DNA of 64,000 nucleotides from Azolla caroliniana (lineage: Eukaryota > Plantae > Polypodiophyta), in the NCBI GenBank assembly GCA_043228905.1, contig JBHGNT010000008.1, forward strand, positions 11,532,001-11,596,000, read 5' to 3'. The translations under genes and the position numbers were made by a program. Each line of letters opens with the position of its first letter. Within the stretch, counting starts at the first letter, position 1. Below the pieces are notes generated by a model. The model was not told the origin of the DNA. It saw only the letters and a list, made by a program, of their open reading frames with translations, and searched no databases. Shown here piece after piece: positions 24,281 to 37,201 of the stretch.

Positions 24281-26019
24281 AAAGTGGTAGGAAGGCAAAT
24301 GTTTCCTTGACCTTGGCTCCATCTGACTTCGACCCATCGTTCCATTTGCAACTTGTACGACCTCCAGGTATTCTCTGTGCTGCATTTTTAGGGTTTGATT
24401 ATTCATATTCTATGTGTTGCATGCTCAACTGGTATGTTTTCGTTTTCTTTGTGTTTCATATCTGTCTATTTTTATTTTGTGTGTGTTTGACATGGATGAG
24501 TTGTTTTCTGACTGTTTAGGGTTTTTGTGTGTTTGACATGGCTTGTACATGCAACTTAGATTGAGTTGGCTATGATGATTTGTTGGTTGTTGATGGTATT
24601 TTGATGAGTTTTCTTCTTGTACATGCATATTCTTTCAACAAGAATAGTGAAGACTAGGACATTGACGAGAAGGACACCCATAGAGAAGACATTGGTGAAA
24701 GAGAAAGTGAAAACACTAGTGAAGAAAAGAAAATTGACACCTATCAAAGAAAGCAAGAAGACACCCACAAGAGAAAGGGTGATGAACTCATCACCTCAAA
24801 GAAGAGAAGATGTGCCACTCCATTATTCGAGACACCTCTCGGATGGTGTTATTTCCTTTGAGCACAACTTGAAGTTTATGAAGAGTTGAGAGAGTGGTTG
24901 ATAAAAACCTAGGGGTCACCACATCCCGATACAAGGCGAGAATTCCACATAAGTGGATTGAAGAAGGAATATGTGAACTTATTGAAGACGAGATATGAAC
25001 ATGTTTATGATACAAATTGAATCTGTAACAATGAGGTGGGTACTGTTTTTGCACGTGCATTTGTATGTGAAGTTTAGGGTGGCATCGACGTAGATTGGGA
25101 ATATTTTAATCGTCACCGATCAAAACATTATAAAGGGTCCTCCAGTACCAACACTAGCTTGAAGTCATCGGGAACCTCTCATGTGGATATTCCGGCTACA
25201 ACAGTTGTCCACCAAGTTCAATCTGCAAAGCTACAGGCCACAATGACTGAAAAGCATGAACAGATGATGGCCGGTTGCATAGCTTCTATGAGCTCAAGAA
25301 TACAAGCACTACTTGATGATTTGGAAGCCTTTAAATCAGTTGAGATATAGGCAAAAAAGCAGTTCTCTTCAGTAAAGACTACATATGAATGGATTGCATC
25401 GACAATCCAAAATTCAGAAAGTGAGGTGTTAAAAGAGGAGTTGAAGAAAGAGCTGAACAATGTAGGCACTCAATTAGGATCACAGATGAGAGAGAGACCT
25501 TGATACTTGCAGAATTGCACATTGCGAACTAGATAATAAGTTGTCAACTTTAAAGTTGCATACTGAGAACCTTGCGTGCTTGATGCAAGATTTTAAACGA
25601 AAAGGTTTTGAAACTTTGTGTCAATCTGTAATTGAGCACCCAAGTGGTATGGAAAGTACTATTACTAGTATAGCTATATCACGGTATTGGCTTTATAAGT
25701 TATTTATTTCTACTTCTGTGGTATAAATATCATATTAGCTAATATATTATAACTTGTGTTTGCAATCTACTAGGTGTATATTTGGTGGCCTCGGATTCAA
25801 GCTTGAGGCTATGGATGTTGTGATTACACCGTGCTTGCACACATATCATGTGCTATGTGCTAAGTATCATTTTGAGAAAGAAAATACATGTATGGATTGT
25901 AAAACTACAGTTGATGTTGAGTGGTACTATGCTTGGGGTTTAAAAGTACACCCATACGGTATGTGGCTCTACTATTCTATTGTTTGTATTATATGATGTC
26001 AATTTACATTTGGATTAGA

Positions 26020-27050
26020 ACTAGTGTACGCCACAATTCATACTTCAAATTTAGGAAAACAATGGATTAGTACTAGTGTAGCTCCAACGACTAATATGTG
26101 GAACCCTATTTATGTGGGTTAGTATTGGTAGTACTCTTAATATATAATTGGTATGGGTAGTTGAACAGATATTTTCCAGAATTAGTACTATTTGAGTAAT
26201 TTGGGAACCAAGTGTGACATTGTTCGGGATTGGTACTAGTTATGTAATTTGAGCACAAGGTATGTAGTACACTGTGAACGATTAGTACTAAACGTGTAAT
26301 TTGTGAATTAGGAGTGTAGAACACATATCATGATTAGTACTACTTGTATGCAAAATACCACTTTAGTACTAAAGAAAGAAGTTGTTTAGATGTATTTGTT
26401 AGATAAGTTGTTCGTCCAATCTATATTACAACTTGCCTAGTACTAGTTTAATACACACTATACCTGTACTACATTGTTGACTATTAGTACTATTTGTGTA
26501 ATTTGGGAATTAGTTGTGTAGTACATTGTTCACGATTAGTACTAGTTATGTAATTTGGGAACAAGGTGTATAGTAAATTGCTGAAGATTAGTACAGTTTG
26601 GGTAATTTGGAAATGAGATGTGTCAAACACATTTCACGTTTAGTACTAATAATGTTGAAGATTAATAATGTTGGTGTAATTAGTACTAGTTATGTAATTA
26701 GGTGTGTAGAACACATATCACATTTAGTATTACTTGTTTGCAAAATACCACGTTAATACTAAAGTCAAATCTACATTTGTTTGATTAGATGTTAGTCCAA
26801 TCTATATAACAATGTGCCTAGTACTAGTGTTAGTACACACTATACTTGTAGTACATTGTTGACGATTAGTACTAGTTGTGTAATTTGGGAATTTAGTAGT
26901 ACATTGTTGACGATTAGTACTAGTTGTGTAATTTGGGAACTAAGTGAGTAGTACATTGTTCATGATTAGTACTAGTTGTGTAATTTGGGAACTACGTGAG
27001 TAATACATTGTTCATGATTAGTACTAGATGTGTAATATGGGAACTAGGTG
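26020..27050. repeat. ~52-bp AGTACT-rich minisatellite with a higher-order duplication
   Basis: GTACATTGTTSAYGATTAGTACTAGTTGTGTAATTTGGGAA units at 26851, 26899, 26951 and 27003. ~26310-26500 is repeated at ~26700-26890. Confidence 0.85.
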
Positions 27051-28170
27051 TAGCCTAATGATTTAGTAATGCAGTTCTTGTGACCTACATTGTATTTTTT
27101 ATATCATGGTACTAATGTTGAAGGTTTTTTTGTTTCTTGCAATGAATGTTGTAGTGTCAAGCAACTCCACGCCAGGGAAGGTAATGGAACAACCAGCCCC
27201 AGTGCCTAAACCCTCAGTATCTGCTACACATTCCAAGGTTTAGGGACCATCATTACCAATAAGCTATGAGTTTTATGATGAAGATGAATGTATGAGAAGG
27301 GACATTGGAACAGTGGAACATATGCTTCTACAAACAAATTCCCCAAGCTCCGGTCAACATCAAAACAATCTAGGTAACACAAATTGAGTTAGCATATCTT
27401 AATTCTCATTTGTGTGTATGTTGAATGCCTAATGTCTTTAAAAAAGAGCCCACTAAGAAGAGGAATGCTACAAGAAAGTTGTACGGAAAGGGCAAGAAAG
27501 GGAGAATTTAATGCAATGGTGAGTCATATATGTTCTCATTAATGAATTGTCTAATACCATGTATTTGTGTTACAGCTGATGACGAAATTATCTTTGGTGA
27601 GGGAGATACGAGTCCAAAACCTGATCATAAAGAAGAATTTATCACACTCCCAAGTACACGTCAAAAGCCCTCTAAGAAAACAATGATTTAGATCATAACA
27701 ACCCTATTATAGTGGTGCTTTTGGTGCATTCTATAGATACTATTATGAAATCTTCTATTGACAATGAGCTCCAACTTGTTGAACACTTAGATGTTGTGGA
27801 GAAGATGACCAAGCCTACCACTTGCAATGGGTTGTCTACAGTTGTACAGTATGATGATGTAACAATAAGTAAAAATGTGGCTATTAACCTTATGTTCATT
27901 GTTGTTGGTATGTTTGCAAACTTTTGAGTATGTGAGTTGATATTAATATTCTTTGGAATCCCATTATTTAGGTTTACAAGAGCAGTCTGATTCCCAACTG
28001 CAATCAAATGAATTGGGAACTATATGGAGCACAAGTGCAGACTCGTCAGATTCTGGGAATAACCTTTGCACGGAGGCAGACTCTGGGAGCACATCTTCCA
28101 CACATGAGGACTATGAAGAAAAGGAAGCATTCATATTTGAAGAGCAGTTGGCATGTACAAACAACAATTT

Positions 28171-28450
28171 GTCTAAAGAAGCCCATGAGGAGTGTGGAAA
28201 GAATATCGCTAGTACTGAAGATGAGCCTGCTTTTACTGAGAATGTGCTAGTAGTGTCTAAAGAATCCCATGAGGAATGTTGAAAGAATATCGCTAGTACT
28301 GAAGAGGAGCTTGATTGTACTGAGAATGTGCTAGTAGTGTCTATAGAAGCCCATGAGGAGCGTGACAAGAATATAGCTAGTATTGAAGAGGAGCATGATT
28401 GTACTGAGAATGTGCTAGTAGTGTCTAAAGAAGCCCATGAGGAGTGTCTA
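28171..28450 (+). repeat. 84-bp (28-codon) tandem repeat, about 3.3 copies
   Basis: Units start at 28171, 28255, 28339 and 28423 and encode SKEAHEECGKNIASTEDEPAFTENVLVV-like peptides. Confidence 0.9.
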
Positions 28451-29029
28451 AAGAAGCCCACAACCCACAAACAATAGTCAAATTGTACTAAGAACAAGTA
28501 TACTAGCATCACCGATGATGATAGGGCAATAAAGACCACCCAAGAAGGAGAGCACAGTGGTCTTAAGAATGAGCTGACTATCACCAACCAAGAGGAGTTC
28601 ACCATGACTACTGTTATAGCCCACATACAGGAGCCTAATTGTATTGAGAATGAGCATACTAGCAACAACAATACTAAAACAACCCACATACAGGAGATGA
28701 GTGATAATTTGACTATCAACAGTACCTTTGTGGATGTGTGTACTAGCATTGCAGTTGCAGAAAACACAGTTTCTCTCTCAAGGTTGCCACTAGTACAAGG
28801 TGCCCATACATCCACACCTGTCTCTAATGCCTCTGATGATGAAGTGCCACTTAGTAAGCTGATACCTAAAGGCTTTAAGATAAAGAAGAATGTAAAATCA
28901 CAAAAAACTGGCACCAATAACAAGCGCATTACAAGATCGGCAAAATTGTGAAATGGTGTCTAATCGTCTTTCGATTGTACTTGAACTATAGCTGAACTGT
29001 TAGTGATGTCTGAACTTGAACTATTTGGT

Positions 29030-29450
29030 ATACCAAAATACTGTCTAAATTGCTAATGTGAAATGTTGTATTGACTCCAGTTCACTCATCTAGTGTTGTT
29101 AACGTAATGTGAAATTCTATATTGCCAATTGCAGAGAATGAGAATGTATTCTATTGTTAATTATCATTCAACCATGATTGTGTTGAATCACATACAACTG
29201 AACTGTTACCAGCATACTGTCTAAATTGCCCCTGTGAAATGTTGTGAAGATCAAATCATTCATCTAGTGTTGTAGTGTAATGTGAAATTCTATATTGCTA
29301 ATTGTGGAGAATGAGAACGTATTCTATTGTCAATTGTCATGCAGCCATGATTGTGTTGATTACAAATAAAATTCTATATTACTAATTGGAGAGAATGAGA
29401 ATGCATTCTATTGTCAAGTTGTCATGCAACCATGAATGTAGTAGGGAACA
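29030..29450. repeat. Degenerate direct repeats between the converging genes
   Basis: AAATTCTATATTRCYAATTG..GAGAATGAGAAYG.ATTCTATTGT occurs three times. Confidence 0.7.
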
Positions 29451-29920
29451 ATTTGACATTCATGTTAGTACTAAAATAAGATGTATGTATCCGTCTAACT
29501 GAGATACTTCGGGAGACTACTATGTATTAGTGAACACTTACAATTGACATTAGTATTAAACTAATATGTATATTGATACTTGCGAAGTATGGTCTCCTTG
29601 AGTGCACATAGTCAGAGTCGAATAAAGACTTAACACAATAGGGATTAGACTACTTGTATTGATAGTTGAATAAGTTTGGGCCATATTGATGATACTAAGT
29701 ATTGAAAACTTCACACCCTAAACCATAGAAACAAGCAACTCTATAATTACCATGAACACTTACAAAACAAGCTCAATAAATACTCTAAACACTTTAGAAG
29801 AAAGACGAAATATATCGATTCATTTGTCAATCATCAAAATTAATGTATCAATACATCAAATAGTGAACTACAAGCGGATGTTTTTCAGTTGCCAACTACA
29901 ATGTATTAATAGGGTATCTT

Positions 29921-32900
29921 TCAAGCATTAAACAGAGAGACCTCCCCTAATATGTGTTCATGAACCTCTTGGGGGACCTTGTAGACAATGTTGTATCCCT
30001 TAACCTTGTGCTTTGCTTGAGTCATATTGAACTTGATCACAAGAATGGCAACCTTGTGCTTTGCTTGAGTCATATTGAACTTGATCGCAATAATGGCAGC
30101 AATGTAGATTATTGCGATGGGTGCATCTTTTAGTAATGCGTATGTGTTCTTGCACTGCGGCAACTTTGCATAATAGTTTCCATACACGACAGACTCACCA
30201 ATGTTGAACATGTTGCCCCAGCCATCCCTCACCACTTCTTTCAATAATGTCTTTCCTTGCTTGCACACCACAATGTAGTAGTCTTCTAAATCTTCATTCT
30301 GAGCAGATTTGAGCACCGCAAAATGATCTCCAACTTCCAATAAAACTGCCAAGTCTTGCTGTTGGTTGTAGTATACAATATCGTTTGAATGTGCATCCTC
30401 TTCAATATCATCTTGTCGTTTAGGCTCAAGCTTCTACAGCTTCTAGGGCTCCACGATTGATAGGTTGATGCATTTATCTCAAGCTTCATCTATACACATG
30501 GAACAAAAGCATGATAAAGTACGGAGTAACAATTGTGTTCTATCCTTGCGGCTAAACCCTAATACACAATGGGTGCTTCATGTGCCTTTCAAGTTTTTAC
30601 AACCATATGATTTAGTTCTATCGACCTCATCAGCGCAAACCTCAACAAAAAATCTGTTCTTACCATCATTTGACACCTTCCATGTTAGCCACTCCACAAC
30701 ATCATGTGCAGTTTGTAACTTAGCACCATTATTATCCAATTGCTCACTTGTAAGGGCACATTTGATCACAGCCCCCGCGCCATCATCCTCTCCTTTTCCA
30801 TGTCCAGACCCGAAGTAGTTCCATTGCATACAAATGTTGAATAAGGAGAAGTACCTGCTTTTGTATCCCAGGTTTCCAACAAACATTAGTACTATGTTGT
30901 CAATCGAGAGTACTACACATTCATTAATACGGATTTAGTACAAATACAAAACAATGCATAACACAACGTATCCATGGAGAACACTCTACACTGATTAAAA
31001 GATAAATAGTACTATGTTGTCAACCAACAATACTTAGCATCCATTAATACTAATTTCGTACGGATACAACACAAAGCATAGTACAATGTGTTCATGGAAA
31101 ACACTCTACATGTATTAAAAGATAATTAGTACAAACTCTTCAATATTGGACAGTACTATGTTGCTAATGACGAGTACTTTACATCCATTAATACTGATTT
31201 AGTACAAATAAAATACACAGTACAGTACAAGGTGTCCATGGAGAACACAACATGGATTAAAAGATAATTAGTAAAAACTCTTAAGGATGGACAATACTAT
31301 GAGTACAAGACGAGTACTTTACATCCTTCAATAAATACTGATTTAGTACAGATACAACACACAGTACAATACAGTGTGTCCATGGAGAACACTCAACATG
31401 GATTAAAAGATAATTAGTACAAACTCTTCAATATAGGACAATACTATGAGTACAAGACATGTACTTTACGTCCTTCAATAAATACTGATTTAGTACAGAT
31501 ACAATACACAATACAATACAATGTGTCCATGGAGAACATTCAACATGGATTAAAAAATAATTAGTACAAACTCTTCAATATAGGACAGTACTATGAGTAC
31601 AAGACATGTACTTTACGTCCTTCAATAAATACTGATTTAGTACAGATACAATACACAGTACAATACAATGTGTCCATGGAGAACATTCAACATGGATTAA
31701 AAGATAATTAGTACAAACTCTTAAGGATGGACAATACTATGAGTACAAGACGAGTACTTTATATCCTTCAATAAATACTGATTTAGTACAGATACAACAC
31801 ACAGCACAATACAATGTGTCCATGGAGAGCACTCAACATGGACTAAAAGATAATTAGTACAAACTCTTAAGAATGGCCAATACTATGAGTACAAGACGAG
31901 TACTTTACATCCTTCAATAAATATTGATTTAGTACAGATACAACACAATACAATGTGTCTATGGAGAACACTTCACATGGATTAAAAGATAATAACACAG
32001 ATTCACATGACTGGATGGTACTATGTGATCAATCAAGAACACTTAACATAGTTACAAACATAATTAGTATCCATGAACTAACACAAGAATTACTTCCTTA
32101 GACATTGCATTATAAGTATTAAACATATGGATTAAAAATTACCTAGCGATAAAGTAGAACGATCGTCCCGCCTTAAACTGTGAGGCAGCACCATCAGACC
32201 AAACCCAATGACGGTTAAAGCTAAACCCTAGAGACAATAAATTTGCATGATGAAGCTTAAAACAATTTGAACAAATAGTGTATCATGCTTTTTATCATCT
32301 GAAATGTAAAATATTGATTTCTTATGTAACTCACCGTCTTGTCTCCAATAGCAAATATGTACAAGTATTGTACATTGATCATTGTACCAATGCATTGATT
32401 GAACCTCATTTTGAACTTTAAATGTATAGTTTTCTGCAAAGTCAATAACGGATACAATGACACCCATTGGTAAGTTATGAATACATTCCTTGAACTGTGA
32501 ATTTTGCCAATAACTCCGGAAGTTATGTGGAATGAACTCCCCAAGTTGTTTCTTAAATTCTGAGACAAGGGTAGCCGCACATGTCTCCTTATATACTTCC
32601 TTGATACGTTTAATTACAAGTCCCTTGCCAATATTTTCAGTCACATACTCTAAATATTTCCATTTCACAATATGATTGTTTCCCAAATCAAGCTCCTGCC
32701 TACAAAATAATAGTAGAGGACAAACCTTACATGTTCTTAAAAGACATGTACGACGATGCCACTCACATGATGGTTCTTTTTCACAAACACAAGACCTCCA
32801 TAACTCAGAAATGGATGCAAAAGTCATGTTCCGTGCATTACACTTATTATACTCCCCATTTGGTCTACAAACCTCACAAGTGCAGACACATAATTCCCCA

Positions 32901-33850
32901 TGTATACCCTTAGAATAAGCACGCATTGCATTCACTCCAAGCCTTAACATGTCCATCTTCACGTGGTACACACAACAACATGTATTCCTCTCATTTAATT
33001 TTGTAACATAATATGGTTTCAAACCTTGGAACTTGCGGAATCCAACAGTCAAGCTTGGATGTTGGTCTTTAAAGTTCATGTAGAATTCAACCTACATCAA
33101 CCAATATATATAGGAAACATTAATATATACTTCGTCAAAACAAAAATTTATGGAATGTGAATTGATATAAAAAAATGGAATGCCTCCGTCATCTCCAAGA
33201 AGTGTCTAGGGTGATTTGGTACTTACCCTGACTTATTCGTTGTCTACACACGTCCTTCTTATTTGGTGAGACACGTGTATTTTTTGCCCAAAATGAATCC
33301 ACTTTCTCAATAATCTCTTGAGATAAGGCATTGCATCGTCATCTACATCCCAACCCCAGCCACTTGAATTGGCTTGAGTGTATATTTCGGCGATGTTTCC
33401 TCAAGTTCCTTCTTTGAATTCCCCGGGCTAAGGAAACTTTAGTATCACTATATTTTTTTTCTCTTGCACCGTTCACAACCATGTGTAGGGATGCCCTCTT
33501 TGCAGCAAGTTTGTCTATGCTCTCTACACTTTTCACTAAGTTTAGGGATGACTTCATAGACTCTACAATCTCTTCTGAAACACATTGGTCCCTAAATTTT
33601 ATTCTCCCCATGTCTTCATTCAAACGTTGATGGTGTAACACTCTACATATAATATCCCTATGATCCTCTTCGCTAAATCTCTTTGTTATTTCTACCAAAT
33701 AATGGACTATGTGAAGAACCACTCATCTCTTGGTCCTTTCAGATATACATGAGTTACTTGACAACTCACTCTCGTTGGGATCCCCATTTGGTCACTAGAT
33801 TTATCCAAAAAAATTAAGTGTCTTGCGAGAGTAGTTAATATTATACAGAC
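29921..33850 (-). pseudogene. Sola2-like DDD transposase, intron-containing, decayed
   Basis: FWAKNTRVSPNKKDV, KPYYV...TCCCVYH, IDFAENY..QNEVQSMHW, ISDDKKHD, WSDGAASQFK, WNYFGSGHGKGEDDGAGAVIK and RTLSCFCSMC. Introns at 33092-33183 and 30855-32142 join in frame. Family assignment is from recalled motifs. Confidence 0.8.
30890..32040. repeat. 146-147 bp tandem satellite (about 7-8 copies) in the transposase intron
   Basis: AGTACAAGAC anchors at 31302, 31449, 31596, 31742 and 31888, with degenerate copies at both ends. Confidence 0.92.
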
Positions 33851-36106
33851 TACACTAAGAAATCATAGTTGAATGTTTTAAAATGTGGCTTGCAAAGTGA
33901 GAAATAATTCATTTCAGACATTAGAATTACGGATTAAAGATGACAATTATCATTTCTTTATTACAAATTTCTAAAAATGAAAAAATTTAGTACTGAAAAT
34001 GAAAAAATAGATGGAACCTCCAATGGTGGAGGGAGCCTTGAATCTGTGTGATATGCCGCCTCGATTTGATGGAAGGATCCTCGCCTCAGTGGGAAAAGCC
34101 CGTAATATCCGCGAGATAAACTACAATCGGTGGAAGAAGTAAGAAAATCGTTCCCGAAGAAGTCACTATTGGCTATTGGAAGAGGCCTCAGAATAGTCTC
34201 TAATCCTCAACTCAAACCCTAAAACAGAAACCCTAACAAAACCAGAAATCCTCAACTCAAAACCAAAAAGTTGACATAGATGTCTGAGATATGCTCCCTA
34301 AACCCTAACAAACCTCTTAGATTGGAGGAAAACTAGAAACGTGACATGGATGTTTGAGATGAAGAGCTCAGAGGGATAGAGGAAGAGGAGTAAGAGGAGT
34401 TGGTTTGAGGGGAAGCGCCAAAATGACGTGAGGGGAAAATAGCCCCCAAAATTGAAAGAACATCTCCTCACGTGTTCCCCTCACTCCTTGTCTTAAATGA
34501 CAATTGTTCTACACTCACCCCACTCCCCAAAATCAAATTTTTTTTTCTCAATTATTTAGTACTAACAATATCGAAAGCACTGACATTTTTTGTGGCTAAA
34601 AACAATACTTTTCTAGTACACCGTAGCGTGCTTCCACCCATATTCCTCTGCGGAATATCTGTCCAATGGCCTCCTGGTTTACACACCGCTACGGCCTCTC
34701 CTTCTGCACTCGGATTACGCACCCAGTCTACGCACCGGTTTATGCACCCAATGTTGAGCTTCTATTTCAACAATCAAGTTAAGTGGAAATCAGACAGGTC
34801 AATCAACGTTGTTCACTCGTCTGTTGTAACCACTCGAAGCAGATCCGGCCTCAAGCACAACCCCGTTTGTACTCCATTTCGCTAGGAGGTATTCAGAGAG
34901 GCCAGTTGGTGTTGTCCATTCACACATTGTAGTCACTCAGTGTAGGATTGGCGTTAGAACCCACAATATTAGCACTCAATCCGTGATCGGCTTTGAAATT
35001 TTCACTTGGAATCGGATTGGCAATAATTGTGCTCAATCTAGCTAGGCGATATTCAGGAACACTAGATGGCTCTGTCCCTCTAGTCACCATAACCACCTCG
35101 AGCATGTTTAGAAACCCAATTCCCATTTGGAATCGAATCGGTTAATCAATTGACGAATTCGGGTCCAATCCGACTGGGCACTAAATCACCTGTAGCCACT
35201 CCGAGCAAAACCTACCAATAATCGAAGCCAATCCGGATCGTGTCCAAATCCGGCTAGAACGAATTCGGGTGAGCCAGCTCGCTACACCCTCCCATTGTTC
35301 GTAGCCAACTCTGGATAGAGCTTTACAAGCCAACACGGATGGCCTCAACTTTCGGCTCATCCGAGATGATTCTAAGGAAGTTCGACAAATCGAACTTTAA
35401 CTTCTAGAAGGAGCAAATGCAAGATCACCTGATAGTAAAGGGTCAGATCGATCCAATTGAGAAAAAAAATGCTCTAGAGGGATACAAGCCAAATGAATGC
35501 ACGGAGCTCGATCGAATTGTCCGTACCACCATTTGGATGCACCTCTCCAAATTTGTCTACTACACGAATATGACAACTTTTGAACTATGGAAAACGTTGC
35601 GGACATCTACAAGAAGAAGTAGCCACCACCAAGATATATCTGATTCGGAGCCCCTATAACCTTCAGATGAAAGAGTCTGATTCGGTGTAGGCACCCCTTC
35701 ACGAGTACGAAAGTCTAAGTCTTGTTATAGAATATATGTTTGCTTATACCCTATCTTTGTGTTGAGAATTATAATTTATGTTGTGCGTCTCTAGTCCTTT
35801 CTCTACGTATTGTATTGCATATCACCAGTCCGTTGTAGTCGGCTCACAGTCTCCATGGTAATTGAGCCTGCAAAAGGCCGCGACACTGTCAACAATGGAA
35901 TCCGTGTATATGGCTGCGGCAGAAGCCAGCAATGAAATCATATGGATGAAGGAGTTTATTGGAGAGCTAGGAATTCAGCAAGAAGAATTCCACCTCTATT
36001 GCGACAACCAAAGTGTCATCCACCTTGCGAAAAATGCCGCCTACCACTTGAAGACCAAACACATCTAGAGAAGATACCATTCGCTCTGAGAGAGAGTAGA
36101 AGAAAA

Positions 36107-36659
36107 TGTTGGGAAACAAGTCCCTCAGAATGGGATCCAGCAGAGCCGGATCAGATGAGCCGAACGAAGGAACCGGATCGGATGGGTTCGGAAGGTACCC
36201 GGATAGCATAGTAGATGGATCCGGTGTGAAGCAACAAATAGGAGCATATTAGTAAATATGTTCAAACGTGATCATTGAGGTCATATTTATAAATAACCCT
36301 GAAGTTATATAAATATAAATATAACTAGGGAAACAATGTTTATTAGAGTTTTTTTTGTTATCGTTGTATAGAGCGACAGGAAGAGAGAGCAAGAGAGAAA
36401 CAGAAAGTATTCTCTGTTGTAACCGCCGATTGGCGAAGACATAGAGCTCGAGGTCGTCACCTCTGAGTCTTGCATTGTACCCTTCCTCTCATAGTGATAA
36501 TAGGAGTCTGTGGGCTTCCGTGGTTTTTTTCACGATTAGGGTTTCTACGTTAACATCTGGTGTCGTCTCATTCTTTGTAAGTGCATCAATCTTCATTTCT
36601 GGTTTGTTTCTTCCATTGAGTGTTTCAGACTTAGTTGTGGCCAAGCACTATTCCTCATA
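36107..36659 (+). repeat. Solo LTR (Tnt1-like), TSD GAAAA
   Basis: GAAAA at 36102-36106 and 36660-36664. The RNase H frame resumes after it (ERVEEK|DFALMKIH). Confidence 0.88.
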
Positions 36660-36701
36660 GAAAAGGACTTTGCTCTGATGAAGATCCACATAGCAGAAAA
36701 C

Positions 36702-37201
36702 TGTCACGGACAGGACAATAGTCAGGTAAAGATTCGAACTCTTCACCTCTTGTATATATAGTCAAGTGTTATGTTCTAACCAACACATCCAAATACATGG
36801 TCATGTTGTCCATATCTTAGTGATTATTAGTAGATTATTTATTCCAAGTTCTAGGAGTTTTTAGAAACTTCTGCATGAAAATGGGTTGATGCATGGAACT
36901 ACATGTAGAGTTCACAAACATGTATAAATACTTGTAACTTCCTTGATGCCTTTCAAGGGATTCAACACCAATCACTAACACATATTAATCTAGTTTCCTC
37001 GTTTCATACCATATGTCTCCTTGATCTTCATATTTGTCTTCATGCCCTCTAGTTAATCCTAGCTTCCTAAGTTCATAGTCTCATCACTCACAACTTCTAT
37101 ATTTTCTAACCTCGTACTTTGAGTTCCACGTTTGTAACCTTATCGGTCATTGCCTTGTCATCCGTGCTCTATCGTAGTCCAGGGTTGGTGTGTTCGTGAC
37201 A
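36702..37201. repeat. Solo LTR (probably chromovirus), TSD AAAAC
   Basis: TGTCACG...CGTGACA. AAAAC at 36697-36701 and 37202-37206. Contains GATTCGAACTCTT, also found in the chromovirus LTR. Confidence 0.9.

Larger units (their letters stand above)
24630..28951 (+). pseudogene. Putative multi-exon second gene: basic N-terminus, HVY/GxxVDW domain, coiled coil, RING-like finger, acidic repeats
   Basis: Long near-open frame at 24892-25500. C-x2-(G)...CLHTYHVLC...CMDC at ~25775-25900. Candidate GT donors. Coding-length 84-bp repeats. Many stops. Confidence 0.55.
24281..34639 (-). mobile_element. Large decayed Sola2-like DNA transposon (left boundary not found)
   Basis: Spliced DDD transposase on the minus strand. 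Right terminus 5'-GGGTGGAAGCACGCTACGG is shared with the copy at 39557. Uniform AT-rich, AGTACT-rich composition across the region. Confidence 0.65.

Noticed and set aside
28111-28929. 272-aa hydrophobic minus-strand ORF
   Set aside because: It is the antisense of the plus-strand acidic repeat exon, and its hydrophobicity is a by-product of that.
26020-32040. CRISPR-like arrays
   Set aside because: The units are contiguous tandem repeats without unique spacers. There are no cas genes and the context is eukaryotic.
35840-35870. PBS-like TGGTAATTGAGC with a short upstream LTR-like piece
   Set aside because: It has several mismatches and no partner LTR or TSD, so it is too weak to call.
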